The notes below the pieces were generated by a model that made no database searches, was not told where the DNA came from, and saw nothing but the letters and a program-made list of their open reading frames with translations. A DNA stretch of 64,000 bases from Candidatus Eiseniibacteriota bacterium (GTDB lineage: Bacteria > Eisenbacteria > RBG-16-71-46 > CAIMUX01 > VGJL01), in the NCBI GenBank assembly GCA_963792585.1, contig CAWBWI010000001.1:1664001-1728000 (forward strand), in the 5' to 3' direction. Positions 19,329-29,088 of this stretch are shown piece by piece. Position numbers and translations under genes: made by a program. Position 1 is the first letter of the stretch, and the number at the start of each line of letters is the position of its first letter.

Positions 19329-19379
19329 GGAGGGAGGATACCACTCGGGTGTGGGGCGGACTTCACTGGATCCAGCCTC

Positions 19380-20318
19380 CTATGGATCGGTCCGGCTCTC
19401 GTGCGGGTGCGCGTCAGCCCCCCAGATCGGAACATATCCACACTCCTCCACGATCCGCTGTCCCTCCGCCCCAAGCACCCAGTCGATGAACTCCTTGATG
19501 GGGCCCTCAGGCGGCGCGGCGGCGTAGAGGTACAGGTAGCGCGCAATCGGGTAGGCGCCCGAGCGCACATTCGTCGGCGTCGGCGCAACTTCGTCGATCC
19601 GGCAATGGTAGACTTGATTGCCGAAAGCGAGACCACCGAAACCGATTGCGGCGCGGTCGTGCGCGACTGCATCCGCAAGCGCCCAGGTCCCTGATATCGT
19701 CGCGGCAGCAGGTGCGTATTCGTCCCCTTGAAGGACGTGCTCTTGAAGGAAGGCGCGCGTTCCGGAGTTTGGCTCCCGGATACATACCCGGACCCGCTCA
19801 TCCAGTCCCCCCACATCTCTCCAGTTCTGGATACTCCCATTCAGCAACTCGCGCACCTGATCAAGGCTCAGATTCCGTACCGGGTTTCCGAAGTTCAGAT
19901 AGATGCTCAACGCGTCCCGCGCGCTGAGGATCTGGATCCCGACGCTCCCCGTCCGCTCGAGCAGGCGCCGCGTTTCGTCGGCGGAGAGCGGCCGCGACGA
20001 GGTGCACAGATCGGTCTTCCCCTTGATCAACGCCTCCACCCCCGCGCGTGAACCACCGCCATCGACACGCACGACCACTCCCTGGTGGCTGCGCATGAAT
20101 TCCTCCGCCCAGCGGCGTCCCAGGAACGCCATCGTGTCCGAACCCTGTATGTGGATCTCTCTACCGTCGGCGGGGCGGACGGCTGGCGCCGGCCGGGGCG
20201 CTGCGCAACCGCAAACTCCGAGCGCGAGGACGATCCCACAGAGGAGAGACTTCCGGACAATGGGCCGGCGCACGAGGACGCCCCATCGAGTTGATTCGCG
20301 AGGACGAGGTGTCTTCAT
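19380..20318 (-). CDS. pstS: Phosphate ABC transporter substrate-binding lipoprotein (PstS family)
   Basis: GSDTM, GGGS..G, SSR, REPNSGT, YPIARYLYLY, GQRIVEECGYVP; lipobox-like GVCGC; ATGA overlap with the upstream peptidase. Confidence 0.85.
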   Translation of the reverse strand: MKTPRPRESTRWGVLVRRPIVRKSLLCGIVLALGVCGCAAPRPAPAVRPADGREIHIQGSDTMAFLGRRWAEEFMRSHQGVVVRVDGGGSRAGVEALIKGKTDLCTSSRPLSADETRRLLERTGSVGIQILSARDALSIYLNFGNPVRNLSLDQVRELLNGSIQNWRDVGGLDERVRVCIREPNSGTRAFLQEHVLQGDEYAPAAATISGTWALADAVAHDRAAIGFGGLAFGNQVYHCRIDEVAPTPTNVRSGAYPIARYLYLYAAAPPEGPIKEFIDWVLGAEGQRIVEECGYVPIWGADAHPHESRTDP

Positions 20319-22126
20319 CGGCCCTCGGCGTTCGAGCGCAGGCGCGCCATCAGGAAAGGAGAATGCGCCCGCCACTGGGGCTCGAAGGTCCCGCAGGCCA
20401 GCGTGTCGGCCATTGCCTGAAGGACGCGTAGGTGTTCGAGTGCGGCTTCCATACGCACCGGCTGATGAAGATCGTCGAAGGGAGAATGGTACACACGCAG
20501 CCCCCAGTCGAGATACCTCCAGAGACCGTCATCGGATGATAGATTGATGAATCGGAGTCCCTCCTGAATCAGGATCGACGGAATCCCCGCCTGTGCGAAG
20601 GCATACTGATCGGAACGCTGGAACTCGTCCCGCACTTGAAAGGCGGCGGGAATGGGGGAAACGGAAAGCCCCAGACGCTCGGCCACGCTGGCCAGAGCGT
20701 CGCCCAGGGTCGAATGCTCCGCCCCGACGCCGACGATATCCTCGAACGTATCGAGAAATGCGATCCCGTCCACATTCAAGGCGGCCGAGGTTCGGTGGAG
20801 CGGAACGAGCGGGTGATCGCAGTAGTAACGCGAGCCCAGGAGCCCCGTCTCCTCGCCGGTAAGGAAGAGGAATAGCACGGAGCGGGCCGGGCGCTCGGCC
20901 CGACCGGACATCGCGCGCGCCATCTCGAGCAGAGCCGCGACCCCGGAAGCGTTGTCGATCACCCCGTTGTAGATCGAGTCACCCTCGACGGGCGAGCCGA
21001 TGCCCAGTCCGTCGTAGTGCGCGCTCATGATCAGGTAGCTGTCCCGCTGGAGCGGGTCGACGCCACGCAGGATCGCCGCGACATTCGGGGCAATGAACTC
21101 CCGCCCGTGGAAGCGTCCCCGGAACGACATGCGTGCTCGCAGCGGGAAGCTCCGCATCTCGCCCAACGAGTCCATCGCGCAGACGTCGTCATAGCCGAGC
21201 GGGGCGGATGCGAAGATGCTCGCGGCGACGCGAGGATTCAGGAGTGCCGCGAATTGCTCGGGAGGCGCATAGGCGAGCGTACGGTACTCGGTCCCGAATT
21301 CTTGCTTGCGCTCCCATCCTTGCTGCTCCGCTTCGCGGCGCGAGGGAGGCGCATCCACCGGGCGATCCCGATCGAGGACGCGGAATCGCGCCGCGTCACC
21401 CGGCGAGGGGAGTTGGATCGTCCCCCGCGCGCCGTGGGAGAGGGCCACGTTTCGTTTCACCTCGGCCATGGCGTGCCATGTGAGGGGATCGCCGTCGAAA
21501 TAGCGAGGGTCCTTCGAAGCCGGTTCTCCGGCCAGGAATAGCACGACGGCGCCGCGGACGTCGACGTTCTGGTAGTCGTTGTAGTCGTATTCGGGGGCGA
21601 CGATCCCGTATCCGACGAAGATGAGAGGGACCGGCCTCGCTATATGGGTGGCATCGCCTCCGGAGTAGAGCAGATAGTCATCGCCGTAGTTGAGGTCGAT
21701 GGACGGCCCGTCGCGAACAATGGTCAAACGGGTTCCCGGCAAGGTCCGGCTTCCGTGCGTGGGGACGCCCTGGAAGTAGGAACCGTCGGGTCCGGCGGGA
21801 ACCAGACCGCATGCGGCGAGTTGTTCGGCGATGTAATCGGCGGCCAGTTCGCCCCCGCGTGTGCCAGGCTCGCGACCCCGCAGGGAATCGCTGCCGAGAT
21901 ACTGGATGTGTTCGGCGAGTCGCTCGATCGTGGATCGGTCCTCAGGATTGGCTTCGACCTGTGCATGCGGCAATGCAAGACGAGCGTCGCGGGCGGAGTC
22001 CGCGTTGCCTCCTTCTCCACTTCCCACGGTCGATGTGAGCGAGACGACCACTGCGACTTGCAGGGCAACGAGCCGACCCCGTCTCAGGGCCGTCCGGCGG
22101 TTTGGGGTCGTTCGTCGGTCGATCAT
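20315..22126 (-). CDS. M28 family metallopeptidase with PA domain
   Basis: LGSDSLRGREPG, FVGYGI..PEY..NDY, SAHYDGLG, DNASG, GEETGLLGS, RSDQY.F, YH.P.DD. Confidence 0.92.
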   Translation of the reverse strand: MIDRRTTPNRRTALRRGRLVALQVAVVVSLTSTVGSGEGGNADSARDARLALPHAQVEANPEDRSTIERLAEHIQYLGSDSLRGREPGTRGGELAADYIAEQLAACGLVPAGPDGSYFQGVPTHGSRTLPGTRLTIVRDGPSIDLNYGDDYLLYSGGDATHIARPVPLIFVGYGIVAPEYDYNDYQNVDVRGAVVLFLAGEPASKDPRYFDGDPLTWHAMAEVKRNVALSHGARGTIQLPSPGDAARFRVLDRDRPVDAPPSRREAEQQGWERKQEFGTEYRTLAYAPPEQFAALLNPRVAASIFASAPLGYDDVCAMDSLGEMRSFPLRARMSFRGRFHGREFIAPNVAAILRGVDPLQRDSYLIMSAHYDGLGIGSPVEGDSIYNGVIDNASGVAALLEMARAMSGRAERPARSVLFLFLTGEETGLLGSRYYCDHPLVPLHRTSAALNVDGIAFLDTFEDIVGVGAEHSTLGDALASVAERLGLSVSPIPAAFQVRDEFQRSDQYAFAQAGIPSILIQEGLRFINLSSDDGLWRYLDWGLRVYHSPFDDLHQPVRMEAALEHLRVLQAMADTLACGTFEPQWRAHSPFLMARLRSNAEGR

Positions 22127-22135
22127 GCGGACTTC

Positions 22136-22948
22136 TCAGAGCGCCTTGCGCTTGACCTTGCAGCGCAGGGCGAACTTGAGCCCCGACCAGGTCTCGTCGA
22201 TTGCGCAGACCTTGTAGTCGACGATGCCCGCACCGAGGCCGGCGGCGCGCACTTCGGGTTGACCAAAATCTCCGGCGAGCGCGGATGTCTTCTTCGGCCA
22301 ACAGATCCAAATGCCATCGGTACCCACACTTGCCACGATAGCCGGAACCCGCCGCTCGAGATCCCGCCGCGAACACACGAACCACAGGATCATGCCGGCC
22401 CCTGCCCCGAGGCGGCGGACGAATTTCACTCGCTCGGGCAATGCTCCAAGGACGTTCTCCACATCCTCCGGAGGATCGACGAGGCGAATCGACATGCCGG
22501 CCCTGATCCCGAGCTTCTTGGGGAGCGGCGTGCCTGAGTAGCCGGCCATGAGGGAGGTCGGAATGACCGGCTTCATCGGCGCCGGCCGGTTCAGGGCTCG
22601 ACGCAGTGCCCCCCGAATCCCCCGCCACGAACCGTAGGTCGCGTCGGGGAGAAGCTGTCGCACCCGCGCGATCTTCTCCGGGTCACCATCGACGAAGATG
22701 AGCGGAACGTGCCGCGTCTGTTTGTACTGCCTGAGAGCGAGGCCGATGTCGCGCCCGTGCGAGGGGATCCGTGTCATGTCGATCACGACGGCGTCGGGCG
22801 GATCTGCGCGCAAGCCTCGAAGGTAGACATCGGTCATGGGTCCGGACACGACGTCGTATCCGGCCGCGCGAAGGGGCGCCGCGCGCCCTTCCGCCTCGGC
22901 CGGATTCCAGTGAACGAGGCGGATCCGGGGACCGCATGTCTTCTTCAC
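22136..22948 (-). CDS. Atypical receiver-like domain fused to DUF3052 domain
   Basis: N-terminal ...AAGYDV...PPDAVVIDM...TRHVPLIFV; C-terminal MAGYSGTPLPKKLGI...WICWPKK...VDYKVCAIDETWSGLKF. Start uncertain (GTG 22948). Confidence 0.75.
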   Translation of the reverse strand: MKKTCGPRIRLVHWNPAEAEGRAAPLRAAGYDVVSGPMTDVYLRGLRADPPDAVVIDMTRIPSHGRDIGLALRQYKQTRHVPLIFVDGDPEKIARVRQLLPDATYGSWRGIRGALRRALNRPAPMKPVIPTSLMAGYSGTPLPKKLGIRAGMSIRLVDPPEDVENVLGALPERVKFVRRLGAGAGMILWFVCSRRDLERRVPAIVASVGTDGIWICWPKKTSALAGDFGQPEVRAAGLGAGIVDYKVCAIDETWSGLKFALRCKVKRKAL

Positions 22949-23075
22949 AGCGGTGATTCTAGCAGGACGCGCCACCCTGCGCCGATCCCCTCGGAGCGGG
23001 CACGGCACATCCCATGCTACCCACGGTCACCCTCCCCCAGGGAGGGTCGAATCGACGACACCAACAGGAGGCCGG

Positions 23076-23846
23076 ATGGGAGATATCGAGATCCGCACGC
23101 TTGCGGGAGGGAGGGTCATCCTGAATCAAGGCAGACCGTATGAAGGTCCGAAGTCGGCGGGCGATCCTCAACTCCAGGCCGCCGTGCGGAGCCACGTGGA
23201 GACCTATGTCGGTCCCCTTTCCGGCGTCTTCTCGTTCCCCCCCGGCCTGATCCAACTGAGAGTCCTCTGGGTCGCACCGTCGGCGCAGCGACGGTTCCAC
23301 ACCCTCGTTACATGCGGACTGGCGGAGCGGCCGATGAGTCCCCCGCCCGAAGTCGCCGACCTTCGTTGGGCGGAACTGTCGATTTGCCTTCCCCCCGAGT
23401 GGCCGATCGATCCGAACAGGAGCGGCCCCCGCGAGATCACGTGGCCTTTGGACGTGCTGGGCAACGTGGCGCGTTATGCCCATGAAAACGAGACCTGGGT
23501 GTGGCACGGCCACACGCTCGGAGGGCCGGGGCCGGGCGAGTCGTTCGCCGCCGACACACAACTCGCGTGCGTCGCGCTGGGGGATCCCGTCCAGTTCCCC
23601 TTCATGTTCCGGGTGCTGGAGTTGGCGGACGGCCGGCTCGTCTATCTCTTTAACATGATCCCGATCTATGTCGAGGAGCAGCGGCTTGCGATGTGGAGGG
23701 GCACCGACCAGCTTCTCGACAAGCTGGAGGAGAAAGGGATGGCCGGCGTTCTCGACATCCGCAGGGAAAGCGTCGCCGGTCGACGAACGTGGGCAAGGAT
23801 GGGCCCACCACCGTCGATTCTTCCGTTTCCTCGTCGGCTCCGGTAG
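23076..23846 (+). CDS. Suppressor-of-fused (SUFU) domain protein
   Basis: AGGAGG RBS; HVE.Y.G, TLVTCG...PM..P, AEL...LP..W, W.WHGHT, IPIY.EE, D..R.S. Confidence 0.85.
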   Translation: MGDIEIRTLAGGRVILNQGRPYEGPKSAGDPQLQAAVRSHVETYVGPLSGVFSFPPGLIQLRVLWVAPSAQRRFHTLVTCGLAERPMSPPPEVADLRWAELSICLPPEWPIDPNRSGPREITWPLDVLGNVARYAHENETWVWHGHTLGGPGPGESFAADTQLACVALGDPVQFPFMFRVLELADGRLVYLFNMIPIYVEEQRLAMWRGTDQLLDKLEEKGMAGVLDIRRESVAGRRTWARMGPPPSILPFPRRLR

Positions 23847-23962
23847 GAACGGAGCTGCATTGTAGGTCACGCGCTGGCCGCGACGAGGCAGCAACGGCCC
23901 GTGTCCTCGGGTAGACGCGCACCCTTCCGACGGTGTCTACTTCCCAACAACGGAGGTACCCG

Positions 23963-24277
23963 ATGTCGATGGAGCAGTACTTATATCGAGTCACCCCGAC
24001 CCGGATCGCCATGCTCACCGAGGGGCCGACCCCCAGCGAAGAGCGGGTGGTCGGCGAACACTTCACTTACTTGCAGCGTGGGGTGGCGGAAGGGGTCGTG
24101 ATGCTCGCGGGTCGGACGCTCAACAAGGACGCATCCACCTTCGGAATCGTGATCCTGCGCGCCGCATCGGAGTCGGAGGCCCGCGCAAAGATGGAGAACG
24201 ACCCGGCGGTGAAGCAGGGGGTCATGAGCGCGCAGCTGTACCCGTTCCGGGTCGCGCTCGCAGGCGCCCTCGACTAG
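23963..24277 (+). CDS. YciI family protein
   Basis: GGAGG RBS; EHF.YL...G...LAGRT...FGIVI..A.SE.EA...MENDPAV..GV....LYPF. Confidence 0.85.
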   Translation: MSMEQYLYRVTPTRIAMLTEGPTPSEERVVGEHFTYLQRGVAEGVVMLAGRTLNKDASTFGIVILRAASESEARAKMENDPAVKQGVMSAQLYPFRVALAGALD

Positions 24278-24634
24278 ATCCTCCGCGGACGGGAGCGCGC
24301 AGAGTGTCGGGAGCGCGCAGGGTGCCGGGCGCGGCGATCGCCCGGAAACTCGTCGCCCGTGACGCAGACCCCGCCGCGAGTCGCGCTGACGCCCCGAATG
24401 AAAGACATCGCCCCGAGGCCCACATGAACCTATAACACAACTCAGCACAATCAGTTGATGTTTAACCACCAATCTGACCGAGTTCCCCAGTCCCTTATCC
24501 CACCGTCTTCGTCTCCACACGCAGGCCCCCTCTGTGCGCTTTCTCCCCCTCCCGGCATTCTCTTGTGTTCGGCGGGAACCAAGGGGTCCCCCCCGCAGCG
24601 AATCCCTAGTCATGACTGAAAACCAGGAGGCGAG

Positions 24635-25195
24635 ATGATCCGCATAACCGCAAACCAGGTCTGCAGGGCCTTCTTCCTGTCCTGCATCCTGTGGGCGCCG
24701 GCTATCCAGGCCGCCGACGCTCCGGCTTCCATCCAACCCGGGAGCCAACCGGCGGGAGAAGAGGTCGAGGCGATCCAGGCCCCGGCGATTCCCGTCATGG
24801 AGACGGAACTCCCGTTGGGTCTCGAACTGATTCCCCACGACGCAGTCATAACCGATCCGAACGACAAGGGCTCGGTCTACACCGATGGCTCGCTCGGCGC
24901 GATAGCCGGGCCCCCGACCGCCCTCGAGAGCGCGAAGCTCGCGATGGGCCGCGCCGCGATCGAGGCGTCCCGCCAGGCGGGGACGCTTCAAGTGGCCCCG
25001 ACCGAGATCACGCCCGATCAGTCGGGCGACGAGACCGAGGCGATGAAGCTCACGCGGCTGGCCACGACACCACCGGCGCCGGTCATCGCCGATCCGGCCG
25101 CCGGCTCGGGCGTGGAGACCGCTCCCGTCCAGATGGTCGGTCCAGTCGGCATGACCCCCGAGGAGTTGCAGAAGCTCGGAAAGGAGAGGAACTGA
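24635..25195 (+). CDS. Secreted hypothetical protein (Pro/Ala-rich)
   Basis: AGGAGG RBS, signal peptide, 1-nt gap to the downstream metalloprotease. Confidence 0.75.
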   Translation: MIRITANQVCRAFFLSCILWAPAIQAADAPASIQPGSQPAGEEVEAIQAPAIPVMETELPLGLELIPHDAVITDPNDKGSVYTDGSLGAIAGPPTALESAKLAMGRAAIEASRQAGTLQVAPTEITPDQSGDETEAMKLTRLATTPPAPVIADPAAGSGVETAPVQMVGPVGMTPEELQKLGKERN

Positions 25196-25196
25196 G

Positions 25197-28100
25197 ATGA
25201 AGAAGCTCTATCTCATCCTCCTGCTGCTCGCGGCCACGGCCGCACAGGCGGCGATGATCGAGCCGATGCGCGGCACCTTTACCGAGGCGCAGCTCCAGGC
25301 GGCCCGCCAGCAGAGCGCAACCGCGCCGCAGCCAAGCCAGCCCGGCTGGGAAGACACCGAGCAGATGCGGCTGGACCAGGAGCATTTCAATCGCGCAATC
25401 ACGTTGAACAGCACCGACGATGACGCCACGCACTACGCGCGCGGCCAGACGATGATCATCCATGTCTTCGTCAGCCACAACGGCGGGACGTGGGACGCGA
25501 CCGAGAGAGGGGACGCCGGCGCGAAGGCCGCCGTCGCGAAGGACTTCTATCTCCTGGAGACTCCCGCCGACGCGAACCTCCACTTCGATCACGAGGGAAC
25601 GAACGCGTACTACTACTACTCGGTCGATCTCAACATCAACATTCCCGACAGCGGGATGACGGGCGCCCTCACGGAGACCTGCCTCGCCACGCTCGGCGTC
25701 AACGACGGCGACGCGGACGGCCTCCTCATCGATGACTTCTCCATCAATCTCCAGAACTGGGATGGTGGATGGGACAACGTCATCATCTGCTTCGAGGCGG
25801 ATCAAACGGGCCGCGCGTGGGCTTCCTACGGCGCGGCGCGCTGCGCCCTTTACACGGACGATACCGGCAACGTCTTTGCGCACGAGTGGGGTCACCTCTT
25901 CGGCGCCTGTGACGAGTACGTCGAAGGGGGCGAGTGCAACGGCGGGATCGACTGCGGCGCCTGCCAGAGCTGGTACCTCGACGACACGATCAACAACGGC
26001 AACTGCCAGCTCTTGAGCTGCCCGTCCGACGTCTCGTGTGTCATGATCAACAACACCTTCACCAACATCTGCAACTACACCCTGAACCACTGGGGCTGGG
26101 TCGACGAGGACAGCGACGGCATCCTCGACTGGGTTAAGCGCCACACGACCGGCAACAGCTATGTCAACATTTACGAGATCCCGCACAACGGCTACGCGCT
26201 GTGGAACAACACGACCGACGGCTACGTGATCAACCAGCAGTGGAACTCATGGTCGGCCGCCGGCCTCCGCAGCCCTGCGGGCGCCGACTACGACCTCAAG
26301 ATGTACGGCGAGAACAACCACAACTTCCTTCTCGCGAGCTCGGCCGCGGGCGGCCAGACCATCGACATCATCGCGAGCGACTACAACCACGACCGGCTGA
26401 GCAACGAGCACTTGATCGTCAACCGCTTCAGCGGCAGCACCGACAACTATCGGCTCCATTGGGAAAGCGGGACGGGCCTGCTCTATCCGGACGGCGTCGC
26501 CCGTGCGGGAAGTTGGCAGGGCTACTATGTGGTCCGCTGCTGGGATGTGCCGCTCTACGGCGGCGAGTCGGTTTCGTTCACCCTGGACGTGACCTCCGGC
26601 AACCTGGACCTGGGGATGGCCCTCTTCAAGTCCAACGGTGACGCATACCACGTCGGCCGTAGCTCGGCCCAGTGGGTGCGGGATGCGGCGGGCGTCGGCG
26701 CGACCGAGACCTGGACCTACACGGTCCCGTCGGATGACGTCTACGGCTTCGTCGTCTTCGCCAACAGCGCCGTCGACGGGCAGTACACGATCAAGATTGG
26801 CCCGACGGTGGTGGCCCTCGCCGAGGAATCGCCATTCTATTCGGCCGTGGATCTCCGCCTCTACGAGTACACGCCGAACGCGGCGAGCTGGTCGATCGTC
26901 GGCACCCGGCCCGACGCGGGCCAGAACGTCGGTGTCCGGCTGTTCAGCGATTCGGAGTTCCAGAATGAGCTGGCGAACTCGGATTCCTACGGCGCCGGCG
27001 CGATCGAGTTCGACGTCGCCGACTACAACGGCCTCATCTACAACACCGACTTCGTGCGGGTGGTCAACCATACGGCCACCGGGAACCACCGGACGGAGTG
27101 GGAGCAGGACAACGACCTGATCAGCGGCGTCGTCAACGAGTCCTGGACATCGCCGCACGTCGGCAAGATCTGGGATGCCTATATGAACGGTGACGACAAC
27201 TACTTCGTGCGTGAATACCACTCCGGCAGCCTGGACACGGGCATCTACATGTTCAGCTCGACCGACGGCGACCGGTACAAGGACAGGAACAGCTACGCGG
27301 GGGCGAGCAACTTCCGTCCGGGCGACGACGGGGGCGAGTGGTTCACGATCGGCTCGACCGTGGCGGACTGGTATGGGCTGGCGCAGATCGTCAACGACGA
27401 GACTTCCGGCTCCTACAGCATCTGGTTCGGCCCGAAGCTCAGCCTGGCGCAGGATGCCTCCCACCGGAGAACCGAGGAGGTCGTTTTCGGTACCGCGAGC
27501 GTCACCAGCACCTACTGGAGCGTCTTCGGCGTCCGGCCCTACAACGGCGACAACGCCTCTGTGTGGCTCTATGGGGATGATGCCTACACGATCACCAGCC
27601 TGAAGGCGAGCGATCAGGACGCGGGCAAGGTGAATTTCATCGTGGCGGACTTCAACCATATCCCGACGGGGGACTTCTATCCCCGCTACCGCCGCACGCT
27701 CGGAGCCCAGGGTTTCGACGTCGAGTGGGAGGGAGGATCCGAGTTGCTCACCTGGACTCCCGGCGTGAATCAGATGATCGATCGCACGTGGCCGACCCAC
27801 GATGTGATCGAGGTCTTCGACCTCTACGTCACCGCGGGCCAAACGGTGCAGATGAAGGTCGAGGACTTGAGCGGCGGGTCCAACATGAATCTCGGGATCG
27901 CCCTCTTCAAGTCCAACGGCGCTGAGTACTACGCCACGCTCGGCAGCGCCGTCGCATCCGCCGATGTCAATGGCGTCGGTGGCAGCGAGACGATGACCTA
28001 TACCTTCCCGGCGACGGACTACTATGGATTCGTGATCTACACGAGCGGCGACGTCGACGGAGATGCCACCTACCGCATCCGGCTCATCGACCCGGCCACC

Positions 28101-28403
28101 GCGTCGGTCGAGGGAACCATTCCGACCCAACTCGATCTGACCTCGGTCACCGCTAATCCCTTCACGCAGGGATCATCGCTCCGCTACGCGCTACCCCAGG
28201 CCGGAACGGTCGACCTGGGCATCTACGACGTGGCGGGACGCCGCCTCAAGACCCTCGTTCAAGAGGGTCGCCCCGCCGGCAGCTTCGCGGCGGATTGGGA
28301 TGGACGCGACGATGGGGGCAACCCCGTGCCTTCAGGGATTTACTTCGCCCGGCTCCGTGCCGGAGTGGAAGAGAAGCGCCTGAAGCTCGTGCGGTCGCAG
28401 TAA
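25197..28403 (+). CDS. Large secreted zinc metalloprotease (HExxH..G..DEY) with PPC-like repeats and FlgD-Ig C-terminus
   Basis: Signal peptide; FAHEWGHLFGACDEY, Cys-rich Met-turn region (CVM); repeated DLGMALFKSNG modules; WDGRDDGGNPVPSGIYFARL. Confidence 0.9.
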   Translation: MKKLYLILLLLAATAAQAAMIEPMRGTFTEAQLQAARQQSATAPQPSQPGWEDTEQMRLDQEHFNRAITLNSTDDDATHYARGQTMIIHVFVSHNGGTWDATERGDAGAKAAVAKDFYLLETPADANLHFDHEGTNAYYYYSVDLNINIPDSGMTGALTETCLATLGVNDGDADGLLIDDFSINLQNWDGGWDNVIICFEADQTGRAWASYGAARCALYTDDTGNVFAHEWGHLFGACDEYVEGGECNGGIDCGACQSWYLDDTINNGNCQLLSCPSDVSCVMINNTFTNICNYTLNHWGWVDEDSDGILDWVKRHTTGNSYVNIYEIPHNGYALWNNTTDGYVINQQWNSWSAAGLRSPAGADYDLKMYGENNHNFLLASSAAGGQTIDIIASDYNHDRLSNEHLIVNRFSGSTDNYRLHWESGTGLLYPDGVARAGSWQGYYVVRCWDVPLYGGESVSFTLDVTSGNLDLGMALFKSNGDAYHVGRSSAQWVRDAAGVGATETWTYTVPSDDVYGFVVFANSAVDGQYTIKIGPTVVALAEESPFYSAVDLRLYEYTPNAASWSIVGTRPDAGQNVGVRLFSDSEFQNELANSDSYGAGAIEFDVADYNGLIYNTDFVRVVNHTATGNHRTEWEQDNDLISGVVNESWTSPHVGKIWDAYMNGDDNYFVREYHSGSLDTGIYMFSSTDGDRYKDRNSYAGASNFRPGDDGGEWFTIGSTVADWYGLAQIVNDETSGSYSIWFGPKLSLAQDASHRRTEEVVFGTASVTSTYWSVFGVRPYNGDNASVWLYGDDAYTITSLKASDQDAGKVNFIVADFNHIPTGDFYPRYRRTLGAQGFDVEWEGGSELLTWTPGVNQMIDRTWPTHDVIEVFDLYVTAGQTVQMKVEDLSGGSNMNLGIALFKSNGAEYYATLGSAVASADVNGVGGSETMTYTFPATDYYGFVIYTSGDVDGDATYRIRLIDPATASVEGTIPTQLDLTSVTANPFTQGSSLRYALPQAGTVDLGIYDVAGRRLKTLVQEGRPAGSFAADWDGRDDGGNPVPSGIYFARLRAGVEEKRLKLVRSQ

Positions 28404-28415
28404 GTCGCCTCCACC

Positions 28416-28448
28416 GGCCCCGGCCTCAGCGATGAGGCCGGGGCCTTT
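28416..28448 (+). terminator. Intrinsic terminator
   Basis: GGCCCCGGCCTCA-GCGA-TGAGGCCGGGGCC-TTT, 13-bp perfect stem directly after the stop codon. Confidence 0.8.
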
Positions 28449-28500
28449 CCCATCTCGCGCTTTGATCCCGGAGATCTCATCCCTATGATTAGACTCCTCT

Positions 28501-29088
28501 ATGGTGGCCGACCCGGATCCCGGAGCCCTCGAGTCGACTCGGACGCTCATTCTGCGCGTCCGGAAGGGGGACGAGACCGCGCGGGATCAGCTCTTCTCGC
28601 GGTTCCTTCCCGGACTCCGGCGATGGGCCCATGGCCGGCTGCCCTCGAAGGCACGAAGCTTGGTCGACACGGACGATGTCGTACAGGTCTCGTTGATGCG
28701 CGCCCTCGCCCGGGTGGAGGAATTCGATCCGCGCAGGCAGGGGGCATTCCTCGCCTATCTCCACCAGATCCTCCTGAACTGCATCCGGGAGGAGATCCGC
28801 CGCGCCGGACGCCGCCCCACGGGAGAGGAGTCGATCGACGAACTTCCCGAGGATCGTCCCTCCCTCCTCGAGCGAACGATCGGCAACGATGCTCTGAGCG
28901 CCTACGATGCGGCGCTCGGTCGCCTGCCGCAGGAGCAGCAGCAGGCGGTGATCCTGCGGATCGAGTTCGGATTCTCTCACCAGGAGATCGCGGACGCGCT
29001 GAGACGTCCCTCCGCCAACGCCGTTCGCATGCAAATCGCGCGGGGACTCGTTCGTCTCTCGGAGTTGATGGATGCCCACAGGCCCTGA
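28501..29088 (+). CDS. ECF RNA polymerase sigma factor
   Basis: Region 2 (GDETARDQLF...DTDDVVQ...FLAYL..ILLN.IR) and region 4 (LP.EQQQAV.LR...G.SHQEIA......NAVRM...RG). Confidence 0.92.
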   Translation: MVADPDPGALESTRTLILRVRKGDETARDQLFSRFLPGLRRWAHGRLPSKARSLVDTDDVVQVSLMRALARVEEFDPRRQGAFLAYLHQILLNCIREEIRRAGRRPTGEESIDELPEDRPSLLERTIGNDALSAYDAALGRLPQEQQQAVILRIEFGFSHQEIADALRRPSANAVRMQIARGLVRLSELMDAHRP

